From the NCBI GenBank assembly GCA_002269645.1, contig NIVC01001565.1, forward strand, positions 67,384 to 131,383: a stretch of 64,000 bases of DNA. The letters are read 5' to 3'. This stretch comes from Macrostomum lignano (taxonomy: Eukaryota). How positions within the stretch are numbered: the first letter of the stretch is position 1; each line of letters begins with the position of its first letter. Positions 40,165 through 55,934 of the stretch are shown here, piece by piece. The notes under the pieces are model-generated. The model had not been told where the DNA came from. It did not search any database and saw nothing but the letters and a program-made list of their open reading frames with translations. The position numbers and the translations under genes are program-made.

Positions 40165-43100
40165 TGCTCCCCCCAAAAGCAGCAAAACAAAAAACAAAAG
40201 AAACCAAGACCTGTCCTTAGACCTTAAAACAAACAGGTTTACGAGGCCGCAAATCATACGAGCTGTGGGGCTGGAGAGTCTTATCTCCAGAACTCAGCGG
40301 GGAGTCACAGTCAGTCGCCTCAGGTTCACGCAGCTCCGAGTCAGAGCCAGCCTTGGCACCCTGAATCGATAGCCCAGCCTGATCCTCGGATCCAGCCGCC
40401 TCGGTCAGCCGCCGATCGGCCTCCGCCTCCGGGCGGCAGCTCCATTGGTTTGCGTGCGCCATCCGCAGTCCACCGTCTGGTAGGTCAGCTGAGGTCACCA
40501 GAGCTGTGTTCCGGCCGTGCTGCACGATGAACTTGGCCGGAACTGGAGCCGTGCCAGGCCGAGCCCTCAGCCAGATGGAGTCACCCACCTGCTCGGTCAT
40601 CGTCAGCGGATGGCGCAGCCGGCGTCCCCACATGAGAATGTCCGGCGAGCTGGAACGATTCCCGCTAGGCCTGCTGGTGCGAATGGTTAGGAGCAATTTC
40701 TGCAGGAACTGGTCAAATGGGACCACTTTCGTCCACGTCTTCAGCCCGCCTTTGAGACTCCTCACCAACCGCTCAGCCTGCCCGTTCGATGCCGGATGGT
40801 ACGGTGGGGTGTGCATCTCCTGGCAGCCGACACTGTTCAGCCACTGCGAGACTCTTTCCGACCTGAACTCAGGCGCATTATCCGACACTAGCGTCCGTGG
40901 CACTCCATTTCTGGCGAACACCGCTCTCAGCACTCTCAGCACACTGCCCGCAGACCTGTCTGGGACCTGGACAGCTTCTGGCCAACCCGAGTATGCATCA
41001 GACAGCAACAGTAGCAAGCCCACTCCTGGCACCTCACAGTGGTCCATGTGGACCCGGGACCACGGCTCGCTCTCGGATGGCCAGATGTCAATTTTCCGCT
41101 GAACCACCGGCCGTCTTTCAGCGCACAGCTGACACCGCTCAACAAACTGACGGACATCGCGATCCAGTCCAGGCCACCAGAACTCCTTAGACACATGGGC
41201 CTTCGTATTTTCCGCGCTCGGGTGCACCTCATCATGCGCGGTCTCCAAAATGCGCCGCCGGAGAATGGTCGGAGGCACCACCCTGGTACCGTGGATGACC
41301 AGCCCGTTCTCCACAGACAACGCTTCCCGACACGCTTTGTACGGCCGCTCCAGCTGAGAGACCTGACCCCACCGGCCTGTCCTGATTCTCTGCTGGAGTC
41401 TTTGAAGCAGTGAACACCGGGAAGTACTTTCTCTCAGCTCCTCCACGGTAACCAAGCCTCCGTCAGTGATCAACTCAGTCTGGTGAACCGACTCCGTCTC
41501 AGGATCGAGGTTTTCAAAGCTCAGCCTTGATAGAGCGTCAGCATCCTGCATCTTCTTTCCCGGCACATATTCAATCTCGTAATCATAAGCCGATAGCCGC
41601 AGAGCCCACCGGGTTAGTCTGGCAGAAACAGTCTTTGGAAGATTCTTGCAAGGATTCAGAATAAACTTCAAAGGCTCGTGATCGGTCTGCAGAATGAATT
41701 TCTTCCCTAGCAACATTTTCCGAGCTCGTTCAACCGCCCAAACAATAGCCAGCGCTTCTCTCTCGATGTTTGAATAGTTGGTTTCTGCCTGTGTGAGCGC
41801 CCTGGACATGAACATGACGGGATGTCCAGATTGGACCAGCACCGCGCCCAAGGACTTCTCGCTCGCATCAACTCGAAGACAGACAGGCGCGGAAACATCA
41901 AACGGCTTGATGCACGGGTTTGAGGCCAGACTCCTTTTGACCTCCGAAAATGCCGCCTCAGCCACCGCGTTCCATTCAAAGACCCGGTCACCGCGGCGAA
42001 GCTCCTGAAGAGGCCGACATTTCTCAGAAAAGTTTGGAACCAGCCGTCCATAAAATTGAGCCAGTCCTAGAAATCTCTCCAAATCTTTCTTGGTCTTCGG
42101 CACCTCGACATCCATCACACGTTTCACCATGCCCGGATCGGGTTTTATTCCTTCATCATCAATAATGTGACCAAGAAACTTCAGGCTGTTGGCTTCCATC
42201 ACGCACTTCGCCTCGTTGATCTTGACATTTGCGGCCTTTAACTTGTTGAACACCTGCTCCCTAATTTTCTGCAACTCTGCCCGGCTTGCAGCACCGATCA
42301 GCACATCGTCCTGATATACTATGACACATGGATGGTCTCCCAGGAGCTTTTCCATCACACGTTGAAAAACAGATGGCGACACCTTAATGCCATACGGCAA
42401 CCGGTTAAACCTGTAGCAACCAAACGGAGTGTTTATGGTGGTCACCGCCTTCGATTCCTCATCCAGGGGAACCTGATAGTACGCATCCGATAGGTCCAGC
42501 CGACAGAACAGCTTCTTGTTGGCCATTTTCGAAAAGGCTGTCTCAATCGAGGGAGTGAGGAAGGTCTGGTCTTGAACCAACCGATTAACAGCCGAATAAT
42601 CTCCACAAATTCTCACGGATGCCCGATCTGACTTCACCGTCACCACAATTGGACTGCCCCATTCCGACGACATCACCTTCTCAACGATTCCAGCACTTTC
42701 CATCAGGTCCAGCTCCTTCTTAACCAAGTGCTTCAGCGCTAAGGGCAGTTCTCTGGCTGCCTGGAAAATTGGCCTAGCTCCAGCACAAAGACGGATTTCT
42801 CCGGTAGCACCAGATATTCCCAACAAGCTCTCATACCTGTTGCTGGCGGCTGACTCATCAGAACTGGCATGGTGCACCGGTGCGAGGACCAGCAGATTCC
42901 GGCCGAGCAGCCCAAACTCCTGTTGGCAGTCGATGACGGGCAGCTCTGCCGCCTTGAAGCGGCCGATGTTGCCAGTGGTCTCCACCAGGCATTCCAGAAC
43001 GCCCATCTGTCTCATAACGTGTCCGTCATACGCCAGCATGCGCGACTTCGCCGACTTCAGCGGGGGCCTTCCGAGCTCATTCCAGATCCTTCGTGAGATT

Positions 43101-44439
43101 AACGAGCAGGAGGCACCGCTGTCCTTCTCCATCAGCACTTCTCTGTGATTGATTTTCACAGTGCAGAACTCGGCAGGCTTTCCTTCTCCACAGTAGAATA
43201 CGGGCTCATCACAATAGGAGTCTTCTGGACTCAGCTGAGTGCCGACTGCTTCAGCTGGGGCAGCGAAGTGGGTCCTGGCACCGCGGCACACACGGGCAAA
43301 GTGGCCAGGCTTTCCACATTGTTTGCAGGTGGCTCTCAGGGCTCGGCAGTCAGCGGGCTTCTGGTGCGATCTCAACCCGCAACGCTGACAGCGCTGGTGT
43401 CCGAAGTTCTGCTTCTGCCTCATAACCGAATTAACGTTGACAGAGCCGGAGCTATCCGGATGGCAGTGAGCTTCATCAGCCGTAGTCAGACCCGCGGTCG
43501 ACAGCGACCTAGCCTGGTGCACCACCGAATCCACAAGAGTCGAGTGAGCAGCAGCCTGGGACCCAGCTGAAAAGTTGCTGACCATCAGCAGCTGCTGAAC
43601 ATATTCTGTGACCTGATCGACCGTCAGTTCTTGAGTAACTTCACGCTCGAGCACCTTGTTCCTGATGTTCGAGTTGGCCAGACCGGCAATGAGCCGCATC
43701 TTGATGAGCGCTTCGGCGGGGTCCGCTCCTTCCTTTTTCAGGCTCTCGAACTCGCATACGACGGCTTGCTCCCTGAGACGAGCGGCATAGCTGGTGACGG
43801 TTTCGCCTTCGGCCTGGCGCATAGACATGAAGGCTGTCCTCTCAGCGATCTGCAGTTTCTTCTTGGGCTCCACAAACGCCAGTAGGCATTGCTTGATTTC
43901 AGACCATTTCATCGCAGACGGGGTTTTTGGAGCAACCAGCTGCTTGACTTTTATGAGCTCAGCGACCCCGAGGCAGCCCATGAAAGCGTCGGTCAGCGCT
44001 CGTCTCTCGTCGGTATCTTCGACTCCTTTGGATCTGGCCTGGGCGTCAAATACTTCAACCCAGGCGCGAAGCTCATCTATGTTGCTCAACGGCAGCGTCT
44101 CTCTCAATTCGATGCTCATTATCCTGCTTGCGACGCCAAAATGTTAGTCTAGGAAAACTGAGTCAAGTCATGTTTGCAAGCGAAGGAGAATACCATTGAA
44201 AGATCTCTACCGAAGTGACGAAAGTATTTATTTGACTACATAACACGAAACCACGTACATTAGTAGACAAACGCCATCCGATTGGCTGGGGGTTAAAACC
44301 ATGCACACTGGCAAGCACAAATGTACACAGGTAGGGGTAAAACGATAGCGCGCAAGAATGATCAGTCACGGGAGGGAGAGAGAGAGAGAGAGAGAGAGAC
44401 AAGTGAAACAACATGAAAAACCAAAGTACAACCCCAACA
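40165..44439 (-). mobile_element. Ty3/Gypsy (Mag-like) LTR retrotransposon with a single LTR (44142-44439), PBS (44121-44138) and PPT (40167-40174)
   Basis: LTR TGTT...AACA. PBS TGGCGTCGCAAGCAGGAT is complementary to a tRNA 3' end (Ser-like, inferred). PPT GGGGGGAG. Candidate TSD TAAAT at 40160-40164 and 44440-44444. Inserted in an AAGGAATGTGTCATTT-type degenerate repeat that is present on both flanks. Confidence 0.9.
40217..44119 (-). CDS. Gypsy Gag-Pol polyprotein, intact 1300 aa
   Basis: Two CCHC-type knuckles, protease DSGA, RT YQDD, RNase H DASEKSLGAVL / YSNIEREALA, integrase HHCC plus D-D-E (HMDH, SDNAPEF, GQAER), in Gypsy order PR-RT-RH-IN. Confidence 0.96.
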   Translation of the reverse strand: MSIELRETLPLSNIDELRAWVEVFDAQARSKGVEDTDERRALTDAFMGCLGVAELIKVKQLVAPKTPSAMKWSEIKQCLLAFVEPKKKLQIAERTAFMSMRQAEGETVTSYAARLREQAVVCEFESLKKEGADPAEALIKMRLIAGLANSNIRNKVLEREVTQELTVDQVTEYVQQLLMVSNFSAGSQAAAHSTLVDSVVHQARSLSTAGLTTADEAHCHPDSSGSVNVNSVMRQKQNFGHQRCQRCGLRSHQKPADCRALRATCKQCGKPGHFARVCRGARTHFAAPAEAVGTQLSPEDSYCDEPVFYCGEGKPAEFCTVKINHREVLMEKDSGASCSLISRRIWNELGRPPLKSAKSRMLAYDGHVMRQMGVLECLVETTGNIGRFKAAELPVIDCQQEFGLLGRNLLVLAPVHHASSDESAASNRYESLLGISGATGEIRLCAGARPIFQAARELPLALKHLVKKELDLMESAGIVEKVMSSEWGSPIVVTVKSDRASVRICGDYSAVNRLVQDQTFLTPSIETAFSKMANKKLFCRLDLSDAYYQVPLDEESKAVTTINTPFGCYRFNRLPYGIKVSPSVFQRVMEKLLGDHPCVIVYQDDVLIGAASRAELQKIREQVFNKLKAANVKINEAKCVMEANSLKFLGHIIDDEGIKPDPGMVKRVMDVEVPKTKKDLERFLGLAQFYGRLVPNFSEKCRPLQELRRGDRVFEWNAVAEAAFSEVKRSLASNPCIKPFDVSAPVCLRVDASEKSLGAVLVQSGHPVMFMSRALTQAETNYSNIEREALAIVWAVERARKMLLGKKFILQTDHEPLKFILNPCKNLPKTVSARLTRWALRLSAYDYEIEYVPGKKMQDADALSRLSFENLDPETESVHQTELITDGGLVTVEELRESTSRCSLLQRLQQRIRTGRWGQVSQLERPYKACREALSVENGLVIHGTRVVPPTILRRRILETAHDEVHPSAENTKAHVSKEFWWPGLDRDVRQFVERCQLCAERRPVVQRKIDIWPSESEPWSRVHMDHCEVPGVGLLLLLSDAYSGWPEAVQVPDRSAGSVLRVLRAVFARNGVPRTLVSDNAPEFRSERVSQWLNSVGCQEMHTPPYHPASNGQAERLVRSLKGGLKTWTKVVPFDQFLQKLLLTIRTSRPSGNRSSSPDILMWGRRLRHPLTMTEQVGDSIWLRARPGTAPVPAKFIVQHGRNTALVTSADLPDGGLRMAHANQWSCRPEAEADRRLTEAAGSEDQAGLSIQGAKAGSDSELREPEATDCDSPLSSGDKTLQPHSSYDLRPRKPVCFKV

Positions 44440-44873
44440 TAAATCAAGGAATTTGTAAATTAGGGAATGTGTCATTTAGAGAATGTGTAAATCAAGGAAT
44501 TTGTAAATTAGGGATTGTGTCACTTGGGAAATTTGTAAATAAGGAATGTCAGTTACGGAATGTGTCATTTAAGGAAATGAAGGAATGTGTCACGAAATTC
44601 CCAAACTGCACTGTGTCTCTCTCCCACAACCCTAGCAGCCGTCTGCCTACCCTGCAGTCATTGGTCAGTGTTGGCCTGCCACTCGCGCATAGAGACTGGC
44701 GTTTGGGACTCAAAAAGAAGTTCGCTACGATCTTGACTGAGCAATGTGGCATGTCATCTTTATCAATTATGTGTACTTTGTTGTTCCGTAGTAATTTAGT
44801 CTAGCGGCTAGCGAGGTCCCCGGTACGGTACCAGCAGGTGAGAAACCTAGGTGAGATCTCCAGGTGAGTTTCA

Positions 44874-45075
44874 ATGGTCCGTCTGTTTCGAGCCGCCCAT
44901 CGCAGCGGCCAGTGGAAGCGGTGCCTCGGCTACTCCAGGCTGCTGCCTGCTCGACCGCTGCATCCGGTAGCCTCCGTCTGCCTGGCCGTCATTTTCCTGC
45001 TGGTGTCCGGGCAGCTGCTTGCAACTGGCCGGCTGTCCAAGGAGCCGGCCGGCCACCAAGGAGGCGTTAGACTTG
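44874..45075 (+). CDS. SLC24A: NCKX/SLC24 exchanger, putative exon 1 (N-terminal signal/TM segment)
   Basis: MVRLF...VASVCLAVIFLLVSGQLLA. Donor G|GTGAGT is phase 1 and matches exon 2. Confidence 0.7.
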
Positions 45076-45465
45076 GTGAGTATCTTGCTGTAAGAGGTGA
45101 TATCATTATGATTTGGGACCATTTCATGATTTGGGATCATTTTATGATTTTGGATTAGAGTAGGATTTGGGATCATTTTCGAATGTAAATTTAGGTTAGA
45201 AAAAAGTAATTAGGAAATAGGTGAAAAAATCAGGTGTAAAAACGTGCTGGTGAACTACAAAGACAGAACAGCTAAGAAGGACGGAGAAGAAGACAGTGAC
45301 TGAAAAGTTTAACCATCCCGATCGGCACCTTAAAGTCCTTCACGCAGTGCAATGTAACTCTTGCACCTCACTAGTCTGCACCCACTAATTAGTCAGGTTG
45401 TAAAACTCGAGCTCAAGAGAACGAAGACAAAACACAGTCGTACACATTTAGGGATCAGGGCTTTA

Positions 45466-50250
<4,785 letters not shown>

Positions 50251-51383
50251 CGCACTTTGCAGGCATTCAATAGGCTCTTTGAGTAAGAGAAATCCGATGC
50301 ACTAAGGAAGAAAGTCCCCATCGCCCCAGCCTCCTGCACCGACTTTGACGCCCCAGTTAAGGCTTCTGCGACTCGTATTGTTGCACTTTGTCCGGGCCCT
50401 AATTAGTGGGGCTGCCGGTCATCAGTTTAATTACGGACACAGTTGTGCAGGCCCACGTCGCTTTAGCGAGAAAAATTCGGTGCGTTTACCGAGCTGGCAA
50501 ATTGAATTGAAAGCATTGATAGCATGTTGATAGCAGTTTGGATAGGCATTCTCACTCGCTGGTTCTCATCGTGATATAATGATCACTTACGCTCATCCGC
50601 CAATAGAAGTGCACGCAAAAGAAACATTTTCTTCAGAAAAATTTTGAATCTGTATGTTTGCCTAGTAGTAGTACGTTACTATATTTCTGTCGCAAATGCC
50701 CATTAATTTCCCGCTCTGATATAGAGAAATAATTTTATTTTTCCTATAATCGGTGCCTCTTCCAAGCAGCTATTTTTAAGCAATTTTATTAGTCATTTAT
50801 TGATCTTTTTCCAACTGCAGACCATTGAGATTGTGCAATATCTTAATAAGGAATTTTTTCTCGAGTTACTGCGTTGTCCGAAATTAATCAGAGTAATTTG
50901 TTGGTTTCAATTTAATTACAATTTAATTTTAGGCTCTTTTTAAGTAAATTTAAAATTTACTACTGATTGTATTTATATAAAAACTCAATTTACTTTTAGA
51001 ATTTAAATTAAATTTATAGCACTTAGTTTAATCTGAAAATGGTTTTATATTTCTCACTTTTAAACTTTGAAAATTAACTTTATTTTTACATGCCTTAGAT
51101 CAGGAGTTTTTTTACTTAAATTATATTAAATTACTTTTTCAGTTTGTTTTAATTGGCTATTAATTTGAATGCTGGCTATTGAGTGCTGAAATTGAACCTT
51201 TGTTATAATTGTTTACATTTGTATGTTTGGTTTACTGTCACATGACAGCTCATTTCTTGGATGATGATGATGAGTAATTATATGATAATTTTTGGTTTAA
51301 AACACATCAGTTCGATTTATTTCCTGCGCTGTTTAAATATTTATTTGATTGAGTCATTGCTACTCAATTCAAACCTATTGAAG

Positions 51384-51587
51384 GTCAACAACCTCTTGGA
51401 GCCTCAGCAGCGGGCAGACGCCACTTACTCTCAACGCCGACTAACTGGAGCTACAACGGCCGGTGCGAAGTCACAGCTGGAAAACAGCACGGATTTTCCT
51501 TGGAGACTTGCAGTGTGGAGCAGGCCACGGGCTACACAGAAGCCTTCATTGCTCTGTACGCGTTTATTACGGTGCTCATGTTCATAG
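51384..51587 (+). CDS. SLC24A: NCKX exon 2
   Basis: GQQPLG..EAFIALYAFITVLMFI. 204 nt, phase 1-1, joins exon 3 to give [13 protein letters not shown]. Confidence 0.85.
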   Translation, partial: VNNLLEPQQRADATYSQRRLTGATTAGAKSQLENSTDFPWRLAVWSRPRATQKPSLLCTRLLRCSCS

Positions 51588-52402
51588 GTAATTATGTTCT
51601 AGGCCCCTTCGCTATTTAATGATATCCCGCCGATTTGTCACCAAATCATACCAGAAATCGTCTATCCTTTTAAGCCTATTATTTCTAAAAATCCTACTTT
51701 TATACTTACATGTACTTTATACGCTATGGGCTATCGTCGGTACCCTGGGTAGTTTCAGTGCCCGAGCGGCAAGACACTGCTGACTACTACTAAACTCTTA
51801 AACTATACAGTCCAAACACGGCGTTACCACGAACCGAGGGGTTTCCGGCTTTAATACTGTCTCTCCCGACTAATACTGCATCACGCTTAGCCACAACAGC
51901 CTGAATCTATTTCTTGGGAATCCTCCCTTTCTACTGGGCAATCCGCCCTTTCTTTTACTGAGCAAAACGCTTGTTCGGCAATTCCTGCTTAATTGCACTG
52001 GCAAAACGCCCTTTCTATCCAACACGGTATTTCCAACTCGCAATCCTGCTTAAATGACCAAGTCAGAAAACCAGAGAAATCTTAATTTCTAGGTTACTGA
52101 ATAATGAACCCGAAAGGTTAAAGAAAACGTTCGATTTTCATCTTATATTTATACTAGTCAAAGTCTTTCCTTATTGGTTCGCGTTACACTCATTTTAACA
52201 ACATTGAATTAAAACAAATTATTCGCCTCACTAAAACAAAATTTCTACGTTTAAAACAAAATAATGCAATAAAACAAAAATATACGGTATTTGTTATTTG
52301 ATTTAACTTTTAAGAATAATAATAATTTCGTAGAATAAAATATAGGCCCTTCTACAATTACAATTATTATTACTATTATTATTATTACTATTATTAGTAT
52401 AT

Positions 52403-52441
<39 letters not shown>

Positions 52442-52819
52442 AAGAATATTATAATCTTGTTCTGTCTATTGTCTGCGTGCATTGTCTTTAGCCGCCGCCC
52501 AATTTTTTTAAACCACCTGTTGCAATCTCATTTGCAAATCCTACGCACTCTGCTCTCCGTTCCCCCGTCAAAGGAGGATGCTGACAACTTTTTCTTTTGA
52601 ATAATCCTCAAACATATCAGCCAGAGGCCTCAGCAGCCGCAATTGATTAGGAATTCATTAAGCTAGTGGCCTGAAGCCGTGCTTTTGAAAATTTCAAAAA
52701 CCTAGGTTGGGTAGTGAAGCAGGGAGGAAATTGGGACCTGAGAATCTGCGGCGGGACACTGCAGGAGCATCATTATTACTCTGTTTTTGAGACGACTTTT
52801 TTATAAGCTAAGTAGATAT

Positions 52820-53025
52820 ACGCTCGTGCATGTAGATAGATTGATAGATAGTTGGACAGATACATTGATAGATGATAGATAGATAACGCAAAAATGCAAA
52901 AACATTATCTAGATCTAGATAAGATAGATAGATAGATAGATAGAGATACATAGATAGATTTGCGTTTTTGCGTTATATATCTATCTATATTATCTATAGG
53001 TAAATACATGTAGATAGATAGATTA
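52820..53025. repeat. Degenerate (GATA)n/(TATC)n microsatellite
   Basis: Directly visible, just upstream of the exon 3 acceptor. Confidence 0.75.
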
Positions 53026-53042
53026 TCTCCATCGCCCCGCAG

Positions 53043-53226
53043 CCGTGGCCATTGTGTGCGACGACTTCTTTGTGCCATCCTTGGAGGCCATCTCGGAGAA
53101 GCTGAACCTGTCGGAGGACGTGGCCGGCGCGACTTTCATGGCAGCGGGCAGCTCAGCGCCGGAGCTGTTCAGCTCGATGTCGGCGGTTGCCATGGACTCG
53201 GATGCTGGAGTCGGCACCATCGCTGG
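53043..53226 (+). CDS. SLC24A: NCKX exon 3 (alpha-1 repeat)
   Basis: [42 protein letters not shown]...GVGTIAG, the canonical SLC24 alpha-1 motif. Confidence 0.96.
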
Positions 53227-53254
53227 GTGAGCAGCTGATGACTCCATGAATATC

Positions 53255-55445
53255 ATACAAAACAAAGACCCGATTGGGATCAGACAGAACAAAGAGCCGA
53301 TTGGGATCAGACAGAACAAAGAGCCGATTGGGATCAGACAGAACAAAGAGCTGATTAGGATCAGACAGAACAAAGAGCTGATTAGGATCAGACAGAACAA
53401 AGAGCTGATTAGGATCAGACAGAACAAAGAGCTGATTAGGATCAGACAGAACAAAGAGCCGATTGGGATCAGACAGAACAAAGAGCCGATTGGGATCAGA
53501 CAGAACAAAGAGCCGATTGGGATCAGACAGAACAAAAACCTGATTGGGATCAGGCAGAACAAAGACCCGATTAGGATCAGACAGAACAAAGAGCCGATTG
53601 GGATCAGACAGAACAAAGAGCTGATTAGGATCAGACAGAACAAAGAGCTGATTAGGATCAGACAGAACAAAGAGCTGATTAGGATCAGACAGAACAAAGA
53701 GCTGATTAGGATCAGACAGAACAAAGAGCCGATTGGGATCAGACAGAACAAAGAGCCGATTGGGATCAGACAGAACAAAGAGCCGATTGGGATCAGACAG
53801 AACAAAGACCTGATTGGGATCAGGCAGAACAAAGACCCGATTAGGATCAGACAGAACAAAGAGCTGATTAGGATCAGACAGAACAAAGAGCTGATTAGGA
53901 TCAGACAGAACAAAGAGCCGATTGGGATCAGACAGAACAAAGAGCCGATTGGGATCAGACAGAACAAAGAGCTGATTAGGATCAGACAGAACAAAGAGCT
54001 GATTAGGATCAGACAGAACAAAGAGCCGATTAGGATCAGACAGAACAAAGAGCTGATTAGGATCAGACAGAACAAAGAGCTGATTAGGATCAGACAGAAC
54101 AAAGAGCCGATTGGGATCAGACAGAACAAAGAGCCGATTGGGATCAGACAGAACAAAGAGCCGATTGGGATCAGACAGAACAAAAACCTGATTGGGATCA
54201 GGCAGAACAAAGACCCGATTAGGATCAGACAGAACAAAGAGCCGATTGGGATCAGACAGAACAAAGAGCTGATTAGGATCAGACAGAACAAAGAGCTGAT
54301 TAGGATCAGACAGAACAAAGAGCTGATTAGGATCAGACAGAACAAAGAGCTGATTAGGATCAGACAGAACAAAGAGCTGATTAGGATCAGACAGAACAAA
54401 GAGCCGATTGGGATCAGACAGAACAAAGAGCCGATTGGGATCAGACAGAACAAAGAGCCGATTGGGATCAGACAGAACAAAGACCTGATTGGGATCAGGC
54501 AGAACAAAGACCCGATTAGGATCAGACAGAACAAAGAGCCGATTGGGATCAGACAGAACAAAGAGCTGATTAGGATCAGACAGAACAAAGAGCTGATTAG
54601 GATCAGACAGAACAAAGAGCTGATTAGGATCAGACAGAACAAAGAGCTGATTAGGATCAGACAGAACAAAGAGCCGATTGGGATCAGACAGAACAAAGAG
54701 CCGATTGGGATCAGACAGAACAAAGAGCCGATTGGGATCAGACAGAACAAAGACCTGATTGGGATCAGGCAGAACAAAGACCCGATTAGGATCAGACAGA
54801 ACAAAGAGCCGATTGGGATCAGACAGAACAAAGACCTGATTAGGATCAGACAGAACAAAGAGCTGATTAGGATCAGACAGAACAAAGAGCTGATTAGGAT
54901 CAGACAGAACAAAGAGCCGATTGGGATCAGACAGAACAAAGAGCCGATTGGGATCAGACAGAACAAAGAGCTGATTAGGATCAGACAGAACAAAGAGCTG
55001 ATTAGGATCAGACAGAACAAAGAGCCGATTGGGATCAGACAGAACAAAGAGCCGATTGGGATCAGACAGAACAAAGAGCTGATTGGGATCAGGCAGAACA
55101 AAGACCCGATTAGGATCAGACAGAACAAAGAGCCGATTGGGATCAGACAGAACAAAGAGCCGATTGGAATCAGACAGAACAAAGAGCCGATTGGGATCAG
55201 ACAGAACAAAGAGCCGATTGGGATGAGGCAGAACAAAGACCTGATTGGGATCAGACAGAACAGAACAAAGACCCGATTGGGATCAGGCAGAACAGAACAA
55301 AGACCTGATTGGGATCAGACAGAACAGAACAAAGACCTAATTGGGATCAGACAGAACAGAACAAAGACCTAATTGGGATCAGACAGAACAGAACAAAGAC
55401 CTAATTGGGATCAGATCAGACAGAACAAAGACCCGATTGGGATCA
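53255..55445. repeat. NCKX intron 3 minisatellite, 27 bp unit GATCAGACAGAACAAAGAGC(C/T)GATT(G/A)G
   Basis: Tandem units. The 708-aa and 737-aa ORFs are its translations. Confidence 0.97.
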
Positions 55446-55536
55446 ATTATACAGGAACGAAGACTAAATTTGAAGGCAATTACCAAAAGCAAATAAGTAC
55501 GAACTTTTTACTGATAATTGTTCGCCAACTTCTTAG

Positions 55537-55930
55537 GTCTGCAGTCTTCAATCTGCTAGTGATCGTGTCGCTGACTGCTGCTTGCGCTGGCAAGGTGAGA
55601 AAGCTATTTACAAGCTCGTCAGATGCATGTCAGTCTTGTCAGGTGCATGTCCCTCCTGTTGTTGCTATGCAACTGTCCTATCTAGGTTGCTGCTCCATCA
55701 ATTAATGTCTTTTAGCTGCTGCAGCTCGACTGGCGACCGCTGGCTCGCGATTCTGTCTGCTACTTGATTTCCGTAATCTACTTCATCGTAATGGTGATGG
55801 ACAGTTTAATGCAAATTTATGAAGCTGTAGTGCTGCTCGTTTTGTACGCACTGTACATTGTGGTCATGGTGTTCAATAAGAGGCTGATGAATAAGCTGGC
55901 TCAGCTGGAGGCCTTCTGCTGCTGGAAGAG
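55537..55930 (+). CDS. SLC24A: NCKX exons 4 (55537-55594) and 5 (55716-55930)
   Basis: (G)SAVFNLLVIVSLTAACAGK | LLQLDWRPLARDSVCYLISV...LYALYIVVMVFN. Phases are consistent. Confidence 0.92.
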
Positions 55931-55934
55931 GTGA

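Noticed and set aside
40506-44152. Plus-strand ORFs overlapping the Gypsy pol
   Set aside because: Antisense shadows of a GC-rich coding frame.
53023-55372. 737-aa and 708-aa ORFs on opposite strands
   Set aside because: A 27-bp minisatellite inside NCKX intron 3, bounded by valid splice sites.
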